Origin: Octopus vulgaris
Taxonomy: Eukaryota
Assembly (NCBI GenBank): GCA_951406725.2
Contig: OX597824.1
Span: forward strand, 38,564,001-38,628,000
Length of the DNA: 64,000 bases
Direction: 5' to 3'
In this document: piece by piece, positions 40,759-54,043 of the stretch
Layout: the number at the start of each line of letters is the position of its first letter
How positions within the stretch are numbered: position 1 is the first letter of the stretch
Position numbers and translations under genes: made by a program
The notes under the pieces: model-generated
Databases searched by the model: none
Told to the model about the DNA's origin: nothing
Seen by the model: the letters and a program-made list of their open reading frames with translations, nothing else

Positions 40759-42232
40759 GTTTGGCATTTACTTTGTCCCCCTCTGTTGAACTGTCAAGTT
40801 ATAGGATATAAAGAGACGGAACATAAGCAACTACACCGATTTTTAGACTAGTGTAATAGATAAAAGAATAGACACAACACTCACGTACACATACACTCAT
40901 ATAGATACTCATATACACATACAAAAACGCCAAGCTTCTGTACAGTTTCCACTTACCAAGATCTATTCTCAAATTAAGTCGATGCCATGGTAGATGTGGC
41001 TGACCCAAAATGCCATGCGATAAGATTGAACCAAGCATCAAGCATTAGCGTTATCGATTTTCAAAATTTACGCACCTACACCTGGTCTCCTGGTGCCTAA
41101 TTCACTTTACAACGACACTGATTTTCCAGTTTTCTTATGAGTGCTAACATGCTATTCTTTGAACCAACATTGGAGATAAGCTTTTACGTAGTCGTTGTTT
41201 CTTTTAGAAATAGAAACCTGATTGATTCCATAAATCATATACCATTGTGATATTACCTTAGACTTCATTGAATAACGTAGTGTATGATACAGAATGATCA
41301 TAGTTGGAATACTGTATCATGGCTGACCGGGGATAAATTTCATGACCCAGATCTTTCTTATATCCCTTTTAATGCCCTTCCTCGCATGACACATATATGT
41401 TTATGACCAGTATTTTATTTTTAAACCCTAATTTTGTTCTCATAAATTATTTCTTTTTAAATCGTTCCTTCATACTAGTTTGCTTTTTTCTTATCAGACT
41501 CGATCATACCTGAGCGTTTATAACCCTTCATGTCCACCTGTTTTATGACTTCCTTGCTCCCTAATTTTACCCCATACCTTTCTCCCTTTTCCCTACCACT
41601 TTTCATTTCATTTCATTTTAATCCTAAATTCCATCTCGATGTGATTTTCCCCTCACCAAACCCCCTCTTCTCTTTATGCAGAGCAAACTCTTTGATCATG
41701 AAGATGAACAATTTCAACTCATCAACTACCTCTTACCTCCTCAAAATAAAATTCTTATGCTATCAAGCAAATCATAAAATACAAAAGAGGAAAAGTTATT
41801 CTCTTGGAAGATTCCTCTGTTGATATTAGTACTACCTGCACACTTACTACAGCTATGTTAGAATCGTTTCTTAATCGCATATATACTAACAATGAGGAAT
41901 CATATCATATGCTATTCTGTAAACATATCAACAGTATCAAATATCAAATACATTCTGAAAAGATATCATCGAGTACCTTTTGAATTTACTGAAGGCGAAT
42001 CAGAAACGGTTTCTGGATTTAATGTAGAGGATGGATTGATTAGATTTACTCTGTCGTTTATAGCGTAAATCTTTTATCGTTTATCTTTTATTCGTTTCAG
42101 TCAGTGGACTGCGGCCATGCTGGGGCACAACCTTGAAGGATTTTAGTCGATCAAATTGACTCTAGTACTTATTATTTTTTTTTAAGGTCGGACATGAGAC
42201 AAAACCGGTTGTCAGTGAATGGTGGGAACAGG

Positions 42233-42618
42233 TGGCACTCCGTCGGTTACGACGACGAGTGTTCCAGTTGATCCGATCAACGGAACAGCCTGCTCGTGAA
42301 ATTAACGTGCAAGTGGCTGAGCACTCCACAGACATGTGTAGTGTACTCTTAACGTAGTTCTCGGGGAGATTCAGCGTGACACAGAGTGTGACAAGGCTGG
42401 CCCTTTGAATTACAGGTACAACAGAAACAGGAAGAAAGAGTGAGAGAAAGTTGTGGTGAAAGAGTACAGCAGGGTTCACCGCCACCTCCTGTCGGAGACT
42501 CGTGGAGCTTTAAGTGTTTTCCCTCAATAAATAATCACAAAGCCTGGTCTGGGAATCGAAACCGCGATCATAAGACCGTGAGTCCGCTGCCCTAACCACT
42601 GGGTCATTGCGCCTCCAC
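42233..42618 (-). mobile_element. SINE family C nested inside a family A copy, with 11-bp TSD
   Basis: AATGGTGGGAA at 42218-42228 and 42619-42629; family A sequence on both sides. Confidence 0.88.
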
Positions 42619-42676
42619 AATGGTGGGAAAGGCACAAACAAAAAGAAACACACACACACACACACAAACACACACG

Positions 42677-42720
<44 letters not shown>

Positions 42721-42937
42721 TACATATTGTTGTGTCTAGGGAGAGTCATTATCCAATATTAATAACACAGGCACTGGTTCAATTCCACCCTTTTATTATT
42801 TGTCAATTAGTTAAATATCCAACAAACTAATCGGTTGTCTGTTTCATTTGGTTAAACAGTAAGTCATTTGTTTTGTTTTTGTTTGCGTTTATCAAAATTA
42901 TGCAAACCAAATACAAAAATGAAATATATATACTTCC

Positions 42938-43015
<78 letters not shown>

Positions 43016-43029
43016 TCATATATATAATC

Positions 43030-43449
43030 AATATTTTACTCCCTGGTAACAAAAAAAGCTGCGGATCTCTTTTCTGCAGTACTTTCTCGTGATGCACATG
43101 GTACATTATTGGAGGGAAATATGAATTTCACTCGTCTATATAGATTTGGATATGCTAACTGCCTTCTTATGGCGCTTGGTCACAAATACATAGGATAAGT
43201 TTTCTAGCATTTTCAAATTTATAATTCTCGAAATATTATGTCGATAAAGGAAATGAATTTATAAAATTCTAATAATTAATCGATCGAAGACAGTTTGATT
43301 TTATTATTTTCCTTCTTTTTACCTGTGTGAGTTACAGATTGTGTTATCTGTGGAGTCATATTTTGTAGCGAAAAGTAATAACGGTATTTTGGATGCTATT
43401 TCTAAATTGTCGGTATGTGGTGAAGCAACTTGTTGCTAAACCCTTAATC

Positions 43450-43450
<1 letters not shown>
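43030..43450 (+). mobile_element. (TA)n-flanked element related to 9263-9670
   Basis: Shared terminus (TGCTATTTCTAAAT..TTGCTAAACCCTT). Only a decayed HHR-like trace near 43238-43292. Confidence 0.5.
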
Positions 43451-43499
<49 letters not shown>

Positions 43500-43694
43500 G
43501 AGATAGGGGTTGTGAGTGTAACCCTCTATGGGATAACATATATATCCAATATACTGCCAGTAAAGCACCCAGAAATGCAAATACATAAATGCTAAGAATT
43601 GCAATGCAATTAATTCATTTATTGTATTATATGGGCGAAGGTCAACTGTCTTAACTCAAATTCTCTTATTTTGTATTCTTCCATTTTCTTATTT

Positions 43695-43826
<132 letters not shown>

Positions 43827-43834
43827 AATTCCAA

Positions 43835-43865
<31 letters not shown>

Positions 43866-44357
43866 CACACACACGACGAGCTACTTTCAGTTTTAGTCTA
43901 CCAAATCCATTCACTCAATCCTGGTGGTTATAAAAGACTGTACCCGAAACTATGTGGATGGGTAATAGATTTTTATGCAGGACATTGTTTTTAGGAAGAT
44001 GTATGAATGCTGTTTTCTACAGTCCTATAATAATAATTATATTTAACAATAATTATTCCTGACGTCTGTTTTTGCATTGTGTTTCAGGGTATCAACTGGG
44101 TGTTCAGCCTAAATCTAACAATTATGCTCATAACCTTTTTTCTAGAACACCGTAGTGTATTGGTAAACAGTTAATGCTATTGGAAAGCATAAAGATTAAA
44201 GCTGTAATTGAGAAAACTTCAGCTGGCATAGAAGGTTAGAAGTCATCTTGAATATTGGAAAGAGCTACCTGTATCGTGATAATTTGCGCCGGGTATCGAA
44301 ATGTCGATATAATGACAGCTGCTCAGTGTTCTGTAAAGGCTGTAAGATGTGACATGG

Positions 44358-44590
44358 ACGGCGAGCTGATAAAAACGTTAGCACGCCGGGTGAAATGTTT
44401 AGTGGTGTTTCGTCTGCCGTTACGTTCTGAGTTCAAATTCCGCCGAGGTCAACTTTGCCTTTCATCCTTTCGGGGTCGATAAATTAAGTACCAGTTACGC
44501 ACTGGGGTCGATGTAATCGACTTAATCCGTTTGTCTGTCCTTGTTTGTCCTCTCTATGTTTAGCCCCTTGTGGGTAGTAAAGAAACAGGT
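44358..44590 (+). mobile_element. SINE family B monomer
   Basis: Near-consensus body with tail 1, ending AGAAACAGGTATTT. Confidence 0.88.
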
Positions 44591-44671
44591 ATTTGAATTC
44601 AGAACGTGAATAGCCGGAAAAAATGCTGCTAAGCACGTTTGTTCGGCGCCGAAACGATTTTGCAGATCCAG

Positions 44672-44979
44672 TTGTATATTTAGGGGATGAGGAATTATGT
44701 ACATTATTTACATTCGACGGATATTTGTCCTCATCTTGTTTGTTGTTAACACAACGTTTTGGCTGATATACCCTCCAGCCTTCTTCAGGTGTCTTGGGGG
44801 AAATTTCGAACCTGGGTTCTCATTTCTAAGGTATTTTTCGATGTTGTTGTTGTTGTTATTATTATTATTATTATTAATATTCAGGTCACTGCTTGGAATC
44901 GAACTCGGAATCTTGGGGCTAGTAGCCTGCGCTCGTAACCACTACGTCATATGCTCACGGGCATATGGCGTAGTGGTTA
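44672..44979 (-). mobile_element. Penelope-like terminal repeat: tRNA-like A/B boxes, (AAT)n and a type I HHR, with a terminal fold-back
   Basis: Homologous to the 3' UTR at 5965-6115 downstream of the GIY-YIG ORF. A box 44939-44949, B box 44895-44906, inverted arms 44936-44956 and 44959-44979. Confidence 0.75.
44748..44793 (-). ncRNA. Minimal type I hammerhead motif (G12A in this copy)
   Basis: Minus strand: GACAC-CTGAAGA-A-GGCTG-gagggtatat-CAGCC-AAAA-CG-TT-GTGTT, with palindromic AACGTT in place of stem III. Confidence 0.65.
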
Positions 44980-46019
44980 TAATAATATTAAGCTTTGATT
45001 GATTTAATCGATCATCATATTTATGGCTGTGTACATAGTAGCAGATTGGATTCGAATTAGAAAACTTTAACTCTAAACTAAGAGTGATAACACCAAGGAT
45101 TCAAACCTATTCATGATCCCTGTGGCAGCATCCTATTGGAGAAGTAGGTTTTTATTATAAATAAAAAAATATAGAAATAAAATTTCCTAGTTAGAAATTA
45201 AATAGATAAATATTTGATGACGATTGAGGATCAAACCCTTCGGAGTGTAATATAGTTATGTAAATGAAATATTTTAGGATATTAATAATTCTTAAAATAA
45301 GGGCATTGGCAATTCGCCACACCAGTGCCTGAGTGGGCACTGAGATTCTATGTAAACTACTAGCGGGAAAATCGCTGCTATCTTCGGCTTTTACCGTTTT
45401 ACTTCAGTGTCTGCTGTTGACAAGGCCAGGGAAAACTGAAATCCCGTGATCGGCGGCGGCGGCGATGGCGCTTGATTATCTCCTGCTAGCGATGTAAACA
45501 AGAGTGCTTATATGCACCATATGTCCATATGAGAGGTTCTCGAATGGTAACTATCACAGTATTCTGTGTTCCTACACAACATCCACTTTTAAGTTGGGAT
45601 AGATATTACCTTATAAAATATTGTTTGTTAAAGGTGAGGCTAAAAAGTTATTCTCTTATTATTAACCTATTAATCAATAGGTTTTCTAATTTAACCTTAA
45701 TTGTATTAATCTCACCAGTGAGGGGAGAACTTCAAAGTAAGAGTCACAATCCAAGGAAAGTTAACAATGGTTGATACAGCAAAAATTAATCCGTAAAAGA
45801 AAAAAATATATAGTGAATATTCAGTGAAATATATAGTGAATATATAGTGAATATATAGTGAAATATTCAGTGAGGAGTAGAAAATCCACGTTCTAAAACA
45901 TTTGTCCTTCTTCAAGGGGAACAAGTAGTGTTTCTCGATTTTGGTTGGGTGTGGATTACTTTAGAATGAGACGTAAGCAAATAACAAACGAATAAGTCTT
46001 GCAATATAGTTTAAATGTA

Positions 46020-47535
46020 TATCAGGTCATTAAGAATGAAATGTCCGATTTTCTTATGCACCAAGTTTGACAGTCATCAACTCTAATCTTTTATTCTGAC
46101 AATTCTTTGTTTTACAACATTGAAGAGATATATACCATCACTTTTCGAAATGCAATTCATGGTGTCTGATTATATTGTGAGTTTTCTCTTGTAAATCAAT
46201 TTTCGTGAACTAATTCGTGTAGTTTATGAATATGAGTTCCGTCGTGGAACCAATGCATCCATGACAGCTCGAAACATCAGTGAGGTGTTTGGTAGATGAG
46301 CGCACTGTTCGTCGATGGTTTGAGAAGTTCCAATCTAGTGGCTTTACTCTTGAAAATCAGTCCCGTGGTAGACCTGAGACTAAGGTGGATAATGATGAGC
46401 TGGAAACTGTAGTGGAAGCAGATACGCGTGAGTTAGCAGCAATATTTGATGTTTCGATTCCAACTGTATTGGACCATCTGAAAGAAATCGGCAAGTTAAA
46501 CAAGTTGGACAAGTGGGTACCACACGAACTGAACTAGCATCAAATGACACGTTGTCTTGAAACTTGCTATTGTATGCTGTTATTGCATAAAAACGAACCA
46601 TTTTTTGCATCGCATTGTTACGTGTGATGAAAAATGGATTCTCTTCAACAATAGCAAGCGTTCTGCACGGTGGTTGGATAGAAATCATGTGCCAAAACAC
46701 AAGCCAACAAAGAATAATCACATAGCTGTGTGGTAAGAAGCTTGCTTTCCAACCATATGGCTCCTGGTTCAGTCCACTGCGTGGCACCTTGGGCAAGTGT
46801 CTTCAACTATAGTCTCGGGCCGACCAAAGCCTTGTGAGTGGATTTGGTAGACGGAAACTGAAAGAAGCCAGTCGTATATATATGTATATGTTTGTGTGTC
46901 TGTGTTTGTCCCCCACCATCGCTTGACAACCGATGTTCGTATGTTTATGTCCCCGTAACCTACCGGTTCGGTTAAAGAGACCGATAAAATAAGTACTAGT
47001 CTTACAAAGAATAAGTCCTAGGTCGACTAGTTCGACTAAAGGCGGTACTCTAGCACGGCCGCAGTCAAATGACTGAAACAAGTATAAGAATAAAAGAATA
47101 AAAAAAGCTAATGGTGTCTGTTTGGTGGTCCAGCGCTGGTGTAATCCACTACAGCTTCATGTGAACTGGTCAGTCAATTACATCAACCAGCTGGATGAAA
47201 TGATGAGTGAACTGGCAGTTAAACAACTGAGATTGGTCAATAGAGACAGACCGACTCACTTGTAAGACAATGCTCGACCACATGTTGCACAAAGAACGCT
47301 ACTCAAGTTACAGGAACTGAACTGGGAAGTACTCTGTTATCCACCATATTCACCAGGCCTTGCACCAACTGACTGTCATGTTTTCCAAGTATAATTGACA
47401 ACTTTTTGCAAGGAAAAAACTTCAGAGATTCAAAAACAGCCTTTCATGATTTCTTGCTCTCCAGAATTCTTCACTGCCGGCATAAATAAGCTACCGTAAA
47501 ATGGTAAAATAGTGTTGATAATTCAGGTGCATACT
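46020..47535 (+). pseudogene. Decayed mariner transposase, interrupted by a SINE
   Basis: ERTVRRWFEKFQS..RGRP, LDKWVPHEL, RIVTCDEKW, KLMVSVWWS, DNARPHVA and YPPYSPGLAPTD, with stops and frameshifts. Confidence 0.9.
46722..47100 (+). mobile_element. SINE family A inserted in the mariner element
   Basis: Family A sequence splits the transposase between the DEKW region and KLMVSVWW. Confidence 0.9.
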
Positions 47536-47852
47536 AATCTCAGTCCCTCGCAAATTACAAGAATAACGGAATGTTGGTATTACTATGCCTAGTCTCTTCG
47601 CAGGCATCCTAATTGTAGATTAGTTTCACAAATGTTACCTATAACAAGTTTGGTTTACCTGTTCAGATCATTGGACTACGTCCATATTGGGCGCTGATTT
47701 AGAGGAATTTGTTGAACAAATGGCGCCCTGTACATATTTTCCTTCGTTACAGTCTGGTGCTTATTCTAACAGCTTCTTTAACTGAACCATTATGTTACGG
47801 GACGTAAACAAATTAACACCAGTTATCAAGCGGTTGTAGGACAAACACAAAG

Positions 47853-47897
<45 letters not shown>

Positions 47898-48354
47898 TAC
47901 ATTTGTCGACCTGGGCAAATAGTAGAAGACACCTCCGGCATCGCGCAGTGGGACTGAACCCGAAGCCATGTGGTTGCAACGCATCTTTTTTAACCACACA
48001 AATATGCCTGCACTCGTGGCTTGAGTTCCTAATCAGTCATTAAAAAAAAAAATGAAAACGAACATGCTTTCTTTCTTTTTTTATTATACATACACAAACG
48101 AAGTTCGGCAAAAGAAGGCGATAGAATAAGTACCAGACCTTAAAAAGAAAGATGTCCAACGAAACCCTTCGAGTCGGTGGCCCAGCATGGCCGCCATCGA
48201 ATGACTGAAACAAGGCAAGAATGAAATATAATAAAAAAGACTATTTGTTTTGGCGGGGTTGTTTTTGAGAGAAAAAAATTGATCAAAATTAAGCCTGAAT
48301 GATAATATGAAAAAAGCGATGAAGAAAATATTCTGCTCTTTCTCTAAGACAGAG

Positions 48355-48499
<145 letters not shown>

Positions 48500-49139
48500 G
48501 AAGATAAAACTAAGGCGAAATGCAATCATTTATAACGCTTTTTCATCTTTAGACCGTGACTGCCGTTTCAAAGTCAATGAACCGAGTTCATAGCTCAACT
48601 GGATCACTGCTTATCTGAAGCCGCATCTTAATCGATTCAAAAGCTATTATAGGACGCTTTCTTGCTGCTGTCGCTGTTGCTGCTGCTGCTGGTGCTGTTG
48701 ATTTCATTGTTGTAGTTGTTACTATTGTAATTCTCGATGTTGTGGTTGTTGTTGTTGTTGTTGTTATATGCGGCACCTTCATTTTTTTCTTATTTTTGTT
48801 GCTTTTATACTTACTTTTTAGCTTCCTAAGCTCGGCCTTATGGTACTATGGTGGAGATGTCTCTTTGATCTTTTTCTTTCATTTTTTTTAAGGGGTAATT
48901 TGTCAGGTCAACGAATCGAGCATTCCTCACGAGCTTTTATTTCTGTGTGTGTATGTGTGTGAGTCTGTGTGTGTGTGTGTTCGTAGGTGTAGGCGTGCTA
49001 GGCTACGTGTGTGCGTGTGTTTATGTGTGTGTGAGTGTGTATGTATCTATATATTTTGTTCTGTATAAGTTGTTCGCTCCTTTCCATCCTTTCCATCTCG
49101 TTCTCTCTATATCGATGTGTCTATGCATATGTATGCATA

Positions 49140-49173
<34 letters not shown>

Positions 49174-49186
49174 CCTACCTACCTAC

Positions 49187-49257
<71 letters not shown>

Positions 49258-49276
49258 CATATCTATCTATCTATCT

Positions 49277-52236
49277 GGGGATGCAAATGCCTCAGAGACC
49301 TGCTCAGACGATTCCAACTGTCTGACAGGTACCGACTCGACCACCCAAATGCACCAACGTGGACATGGAGCAACCGCAGTGGGTCGTCAAGATCGTATCT
49401 AGATAGGATACTGTGTAGGACAGTAGACAGGGATAACTTAGGATGTCCACAATTCCACACAGTCAGCTACACGGATCACAAATTCGTGACGTGTACGCTA
49501 GACTTAGATAAGGCACATAGACAGGGTCCTGGTTACTGGAAACTGAACGCATCTTTCCCGTCCAGACAGGTTTTCAGAGACAGAATCAACACTTTAGTAA
49601 AAAGAGCTTTAACGGGAGCCATTGTCAACAACAAATGGTGGTTCGCCCTCAAGAGAGCAGTAAGAGCGGAAGCAATTAGATATAGGTAGGCACTAACCGT
49701 AGATAGAAATAGAGTGGAGGGTGAGTTAGTTAAGAAGTTAGAAGAGGCAATAAGAAGCGGCATAACATCCGACGTTTTAGCGGCGAGGTTGGCCCTTGAC
49801 CAACACTTCAACGCCAAACACGAAGGGTGTGCTGTCAGGGCTAGGATGCGTGCTCTAAGGATGGAAGATGTTGGAGCCGCGAAGGAGGCCCGGTTGGCGG
49901 AGGCGCAGCAGGGCAACAAAGCCACCATTCGGTCTCTGGTAAATGAACAAGGGCGCGAATTGCTCGAGCCCAGCAAGATGTGCGAGACATTTCAGCGGCA
50001 CTTTGCCCGACTGTACGGGATGAGTGGCGAGCGTGAACGCAGGGTGGACTTCAGTGCCTACCTGCACAGCCTACCACGACTCTCGGCAAGAGAGGCAGAG
50101 TGCTGCGAAGGTGCCATCACGGCGGCGGATGTGCGGGACGCGATGGCAGAATGCTCGAGAGACAAATCGCCGGGTTTGGATGGTCTGACCTACGAGTTTT
50201 ACAATTGTATGCCAAACTTGTTTGGAGAAGTCTTGGCAGCGGTATACTGCAACTGGCAGCAAAACGGGAGCATACCCGGTTTTGTGAGTCGAGGAGCCAT
50301 AACGCTGCTGAAGAAAGATCCAAACAAGGGGAACATTATAGATAACTTTAGACCAATCACTCTGCTCAATGCAGACCTGAACATTTTGACCAAGGTGTTA
50401 GCCAAGAGGTTGGCGCTTGTCATCGAGAAACTGGTCGACAACGCACAAACATGCGCCGTGCCGGGCCGGAGCATCTATGACAACCTCCATCTGATGCGCT
50501 ACATCATAGACAGAGTAGTTAAGGAACCTGGCATGGGTGGGGCCCTGATCAACTTGGATCAATCGAAAGCCTTCGATAGAGTAGACCATCGATACTCGGA
50601 GGCAGTCCTGAGAGCGGCTGGTTTCGGTCCCGTCTTCCGCGGTTGGATAGCTGCCTTGTACAGAGGCATCCGTTCGGTAATTCGCGTAAATGGACATCTA
50701 TCGAGACCTTTCGACATTGCACGTTCGGTCCGTCAGGGATGCCCCCTCTCGGCGCTTCTATACGTATTGACTTTCGAGCCACTACTGCGGAAGCTGGCGA
50801 CTCTGAGGGGCATCCCGCGAGAATTGGGATGCGGGACGAGCGTGTCTGCATACGCGGACGACGTCACCGTCATAGTGTCAAGCCATGAGCACATCGAGCT
50901 GGTTGGCGAGACACTGAAAGACTACGAAGCGGTGACAGGAGCAAAAATCAACCGGGAAAAGTCAGTGGGCTTGCGGCTTGGCACCTGGAGAAGCAAGCCC
51001 ATGCCATCCACCAGTACCTCCGTTGTGGGACGCTCGACGGACGGCCCGGTTGAGTTGCTCGGGGTCTGGTTCGGTCCGGACCTCCAAATGGAGAAGAACT
51101 GGAACGAGATAACGAGTAGGGTGGTCACTCTCGCCCGGCAATCGGCCGAGAGGAAACTGTCCCTAAAAGGTCGGGCGGTGGTGGCGAACACGTACATCGC
51201 GTTCATCATCTACTACCGCCTGACCGTCGTACCTTGTCCCGACCCTACCATCACCAAACTAGAACGCATTCTCTTCCGCTTCTTGTGGAAAGGATGCGTC
51301 CCGATGGTCAGGCGATCCATTTGCTGTTAACACCCGTTAAAAGGAGGGCTGGGCATGCCGTGGTTGATGATGCGCAAACACGCGCTGAGACTGCGATATC
51401 TCCGGCTCTATGTAGACGACGGTGAACAGGTGTGGTCGCCGTTTGTGAGGCACACGTTCCCGCAGCTCGTCTCCATGACCGAACTGCAGTCGTGGATCAA
51501 AAAGAGGCCGAGGAAGAGGGAATGGCACCGCGAGTGTCGCGTTGCTCTCAAGCAACTCTGCCGTCCCGGGTCGACCTTGAGTGACTTCAACACAACCAAA
51601 GCATTCTATAGGGGATTAGTGGAGGGGAAGTACGACGACGATCTTGGGGCAAACCTGGGCGTCGACGAGGAATACCTGACCCGCCTGTTTGAAACGACTT
51701 TCGGGCCGGGACCTATGGACAACTTCCAGAGATCCCTGGCCTGGCGGTGCTACCGAGAAGCGCTACCCGTTCGGGATAAGCTCTATAGGCATGGCTCGAG
51801 AAACACGGGGCCGACCTGCCCGAGATGCGGGCAGAGCGACGAAACCGCTCTGCACGCAATCGTGCAGTGTCCAACAATCTCCGACCTGTGGGCTTATGTC
51901 GAACGACTGCTGTCACGTGTGGGACGTGTCGGTTTATCAGCCGAGTCTATCGTTAGTATCGTCACGCCTCCTTCCTTCAAACGGGAAGGAAGAGCTATTT
52001 TTATCATACTTGTGACTATGGCGAAAAAATGTATCTGGTGGACGCGCCTGAAAGGATTAGAGACAAACACTTTCCTCTCTGGTCAATCTCTCATCAACTT
52101 CTTCAAGTATCACTTGAAGAGGAAAGTGAGAGTAGAGAGGCAAGTTTTGTCTAGTGAATGTTTTAAAAAAAGATGGGTGAATGTAGCAAGGATGGCACGT
52201 ATGAATGACGAAGCCACCTTGACTATGATTCTATGA
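49277..52236 (+). pseudogene. ORF2: partial APE endonuclease, reverse transcriptase and C-terminal zinc knuckle, with two in-frame stops
   Basis: The three track ORFs (49117, 49714, 51355) share one frame, broken by TAG 49687-89 and TAA 51328-30. Motifs: TWTW..YLDR..TDH, KSPGLDG, NFRPITLLNAD, DQSKAFDRVDH, VRQGCPLS, YADD and CPRC..ET..H...C. Confidence 0.93.
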
Positions 52237-52583
52237 ACCGTAAAAATTAATACAGAGAGTTTCTTATTTGCAAAAAAAAAAAGAAATATAACATGTGACT
52301 TCATTGACCGAGGCTACCGTGGTCTTTTCCATAGGCTTTTCTTTCCACGGGTAAACCTCACCTGTCCTCCCCTTTACACTTCATATTGACATTTCTGTGA
52401 TAACGATCCCTATTGATCAATTATTTTTCCTTTCCCTTCTTCCCGTTTTTTTATCCCCCCCCTTTTTTGTCCTCTCTCTTTCCTTTTACGATCCCTTTTG
52501 ATCGAAAACCAAACCCCCTTTTTTTACCCCCAAAAGAAAAGCTCTACCTTGTAATTTGTCCTGCCCTGTGTGGCTAATAAAAA
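49277..52583 (+). mobile_element. 5'-truncated Tx1/L1-clade non-LTR retrotransposon with 20-bp TSD in a (TATC)n tract
   Basis: ACATATCTATCTATCTATCT at 49257-49276 and 52584-52603. AATAAA at 52576-52581 runs into a short poly(A). Pyrimidine-rich 3' UTR. Confidence 0.93.
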
Positions 52584-52586
52584 ACA

Positions 52587-52675
<89 letters not shown>

Positions 52676-53103
52676 GTCTGTCTGTCTATCTGTGTGTGCG
52701 TGTGTGTGAATGGGCTTATGTATATATATACGTATGCATGTATGTGTTTAATTGTGTATGAATTATTCTCATTTTTTCTCACTAAAATGCATATCCTTAT
52801 ATGTACTGTGTGCGTATGTATATATACTTTTCTTTTATTTGTTTTAATCATTTAACTGCGGCCATGCTGGAGCACCGCTTTTAATCGAGCAAATCGCCGC
52901 CACCCCCAGGACTAAGTTTCGGGGACGTAAACGCACGAGCATTGATTGTCAAGCAATGTTTGGCGGGGGTGGGAGTGACAAACACAGACACACAAGCACA
53001 CACTCATATACACACAGAGATATGTCTATGTGTATGTATGTATATATATATATGCCCCAGCATGGCCACAGCTCAAGAGCTGAAACTGGAAAACATAAAC
53101 ATA

Positions 53104-53207
<104 letters not shown>

Positions 53208-53982
53208 CTAGTTTTTTTCATTCGCAAAATATGAATTTTTTAAAAGACAGTAAAAAATTTGAAAATTGGTTATAATTTCAAATATCTGTATCACCCACAG
53301 TTTCTCTGATTCATGATATCCCTCTCAGTTCCTGTTACGTGAGATAAATTTCATCTAAGCTGTTGAAATGTGAAGCTAACGGTATAAGAAATACTCCTAA
53401 TTTAAATTTTTATGAGCAGAATTAATCTAGTGAAATCATAAATCTAACTTTCTGAGTCAATGAGTCCCAAAAATATATGAAATAAAAATCGGCAAAAATC
53501 CTAACACACAGAAAAAAGCACAGAAAAATACTAACACTCAGAGGTAATATACTAACACACAGAAAAATTAAAACAAAACACGCAGGTGAAAAGAATCTCG
53601 TGGTGTGAAGAATTAAGTGGGTAAAATTAACATAGACAACAGCAGCACAGACAACTGTAACCCACAACACAGCGTGTTGTTTTCATGGTAACATGCTGCT
53701 AACGCCACGCTGTCTGTTGATTCGCTTCGCTAAACTTATCCAAGTTTCCCAACTTCAATGCCAAATAACATCAGATTCTTAAATTTACGAGATTAAGTAA
53801 TTGGTTGATCCTAATAAAAATTCAGAGTTGCATCGATACATCGAAATTTAATGCAATCTGAGCAAAATTAAACGGGGTGAGGCTCATTTTGCGAATGAGA
53901 AAGACCAGCAATTGAAATATGTGACAAACATATTTCAACTAAACTAAATTGTGATTATACGTAAAAACTACTTAGCGCATTT

Positions 53983-54040
<58 letters not shown>

Positions 54041-54043
<3 letters not shown>

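Noticed and set aside
45805-45872. Short tandem repeat (TATAGTGAATA-like, about 5 units)
   Set aside because: Ordinary minisatellite with no further structure.
49687-51330. In-frame TAG and TAA in the LINE ORF as A-to-I-editable or read-through stops
   Set aside because: Both are simply explained as CAG/CAA C>T mutations, and the element is 5'-truncated with no promoter or ORF1.
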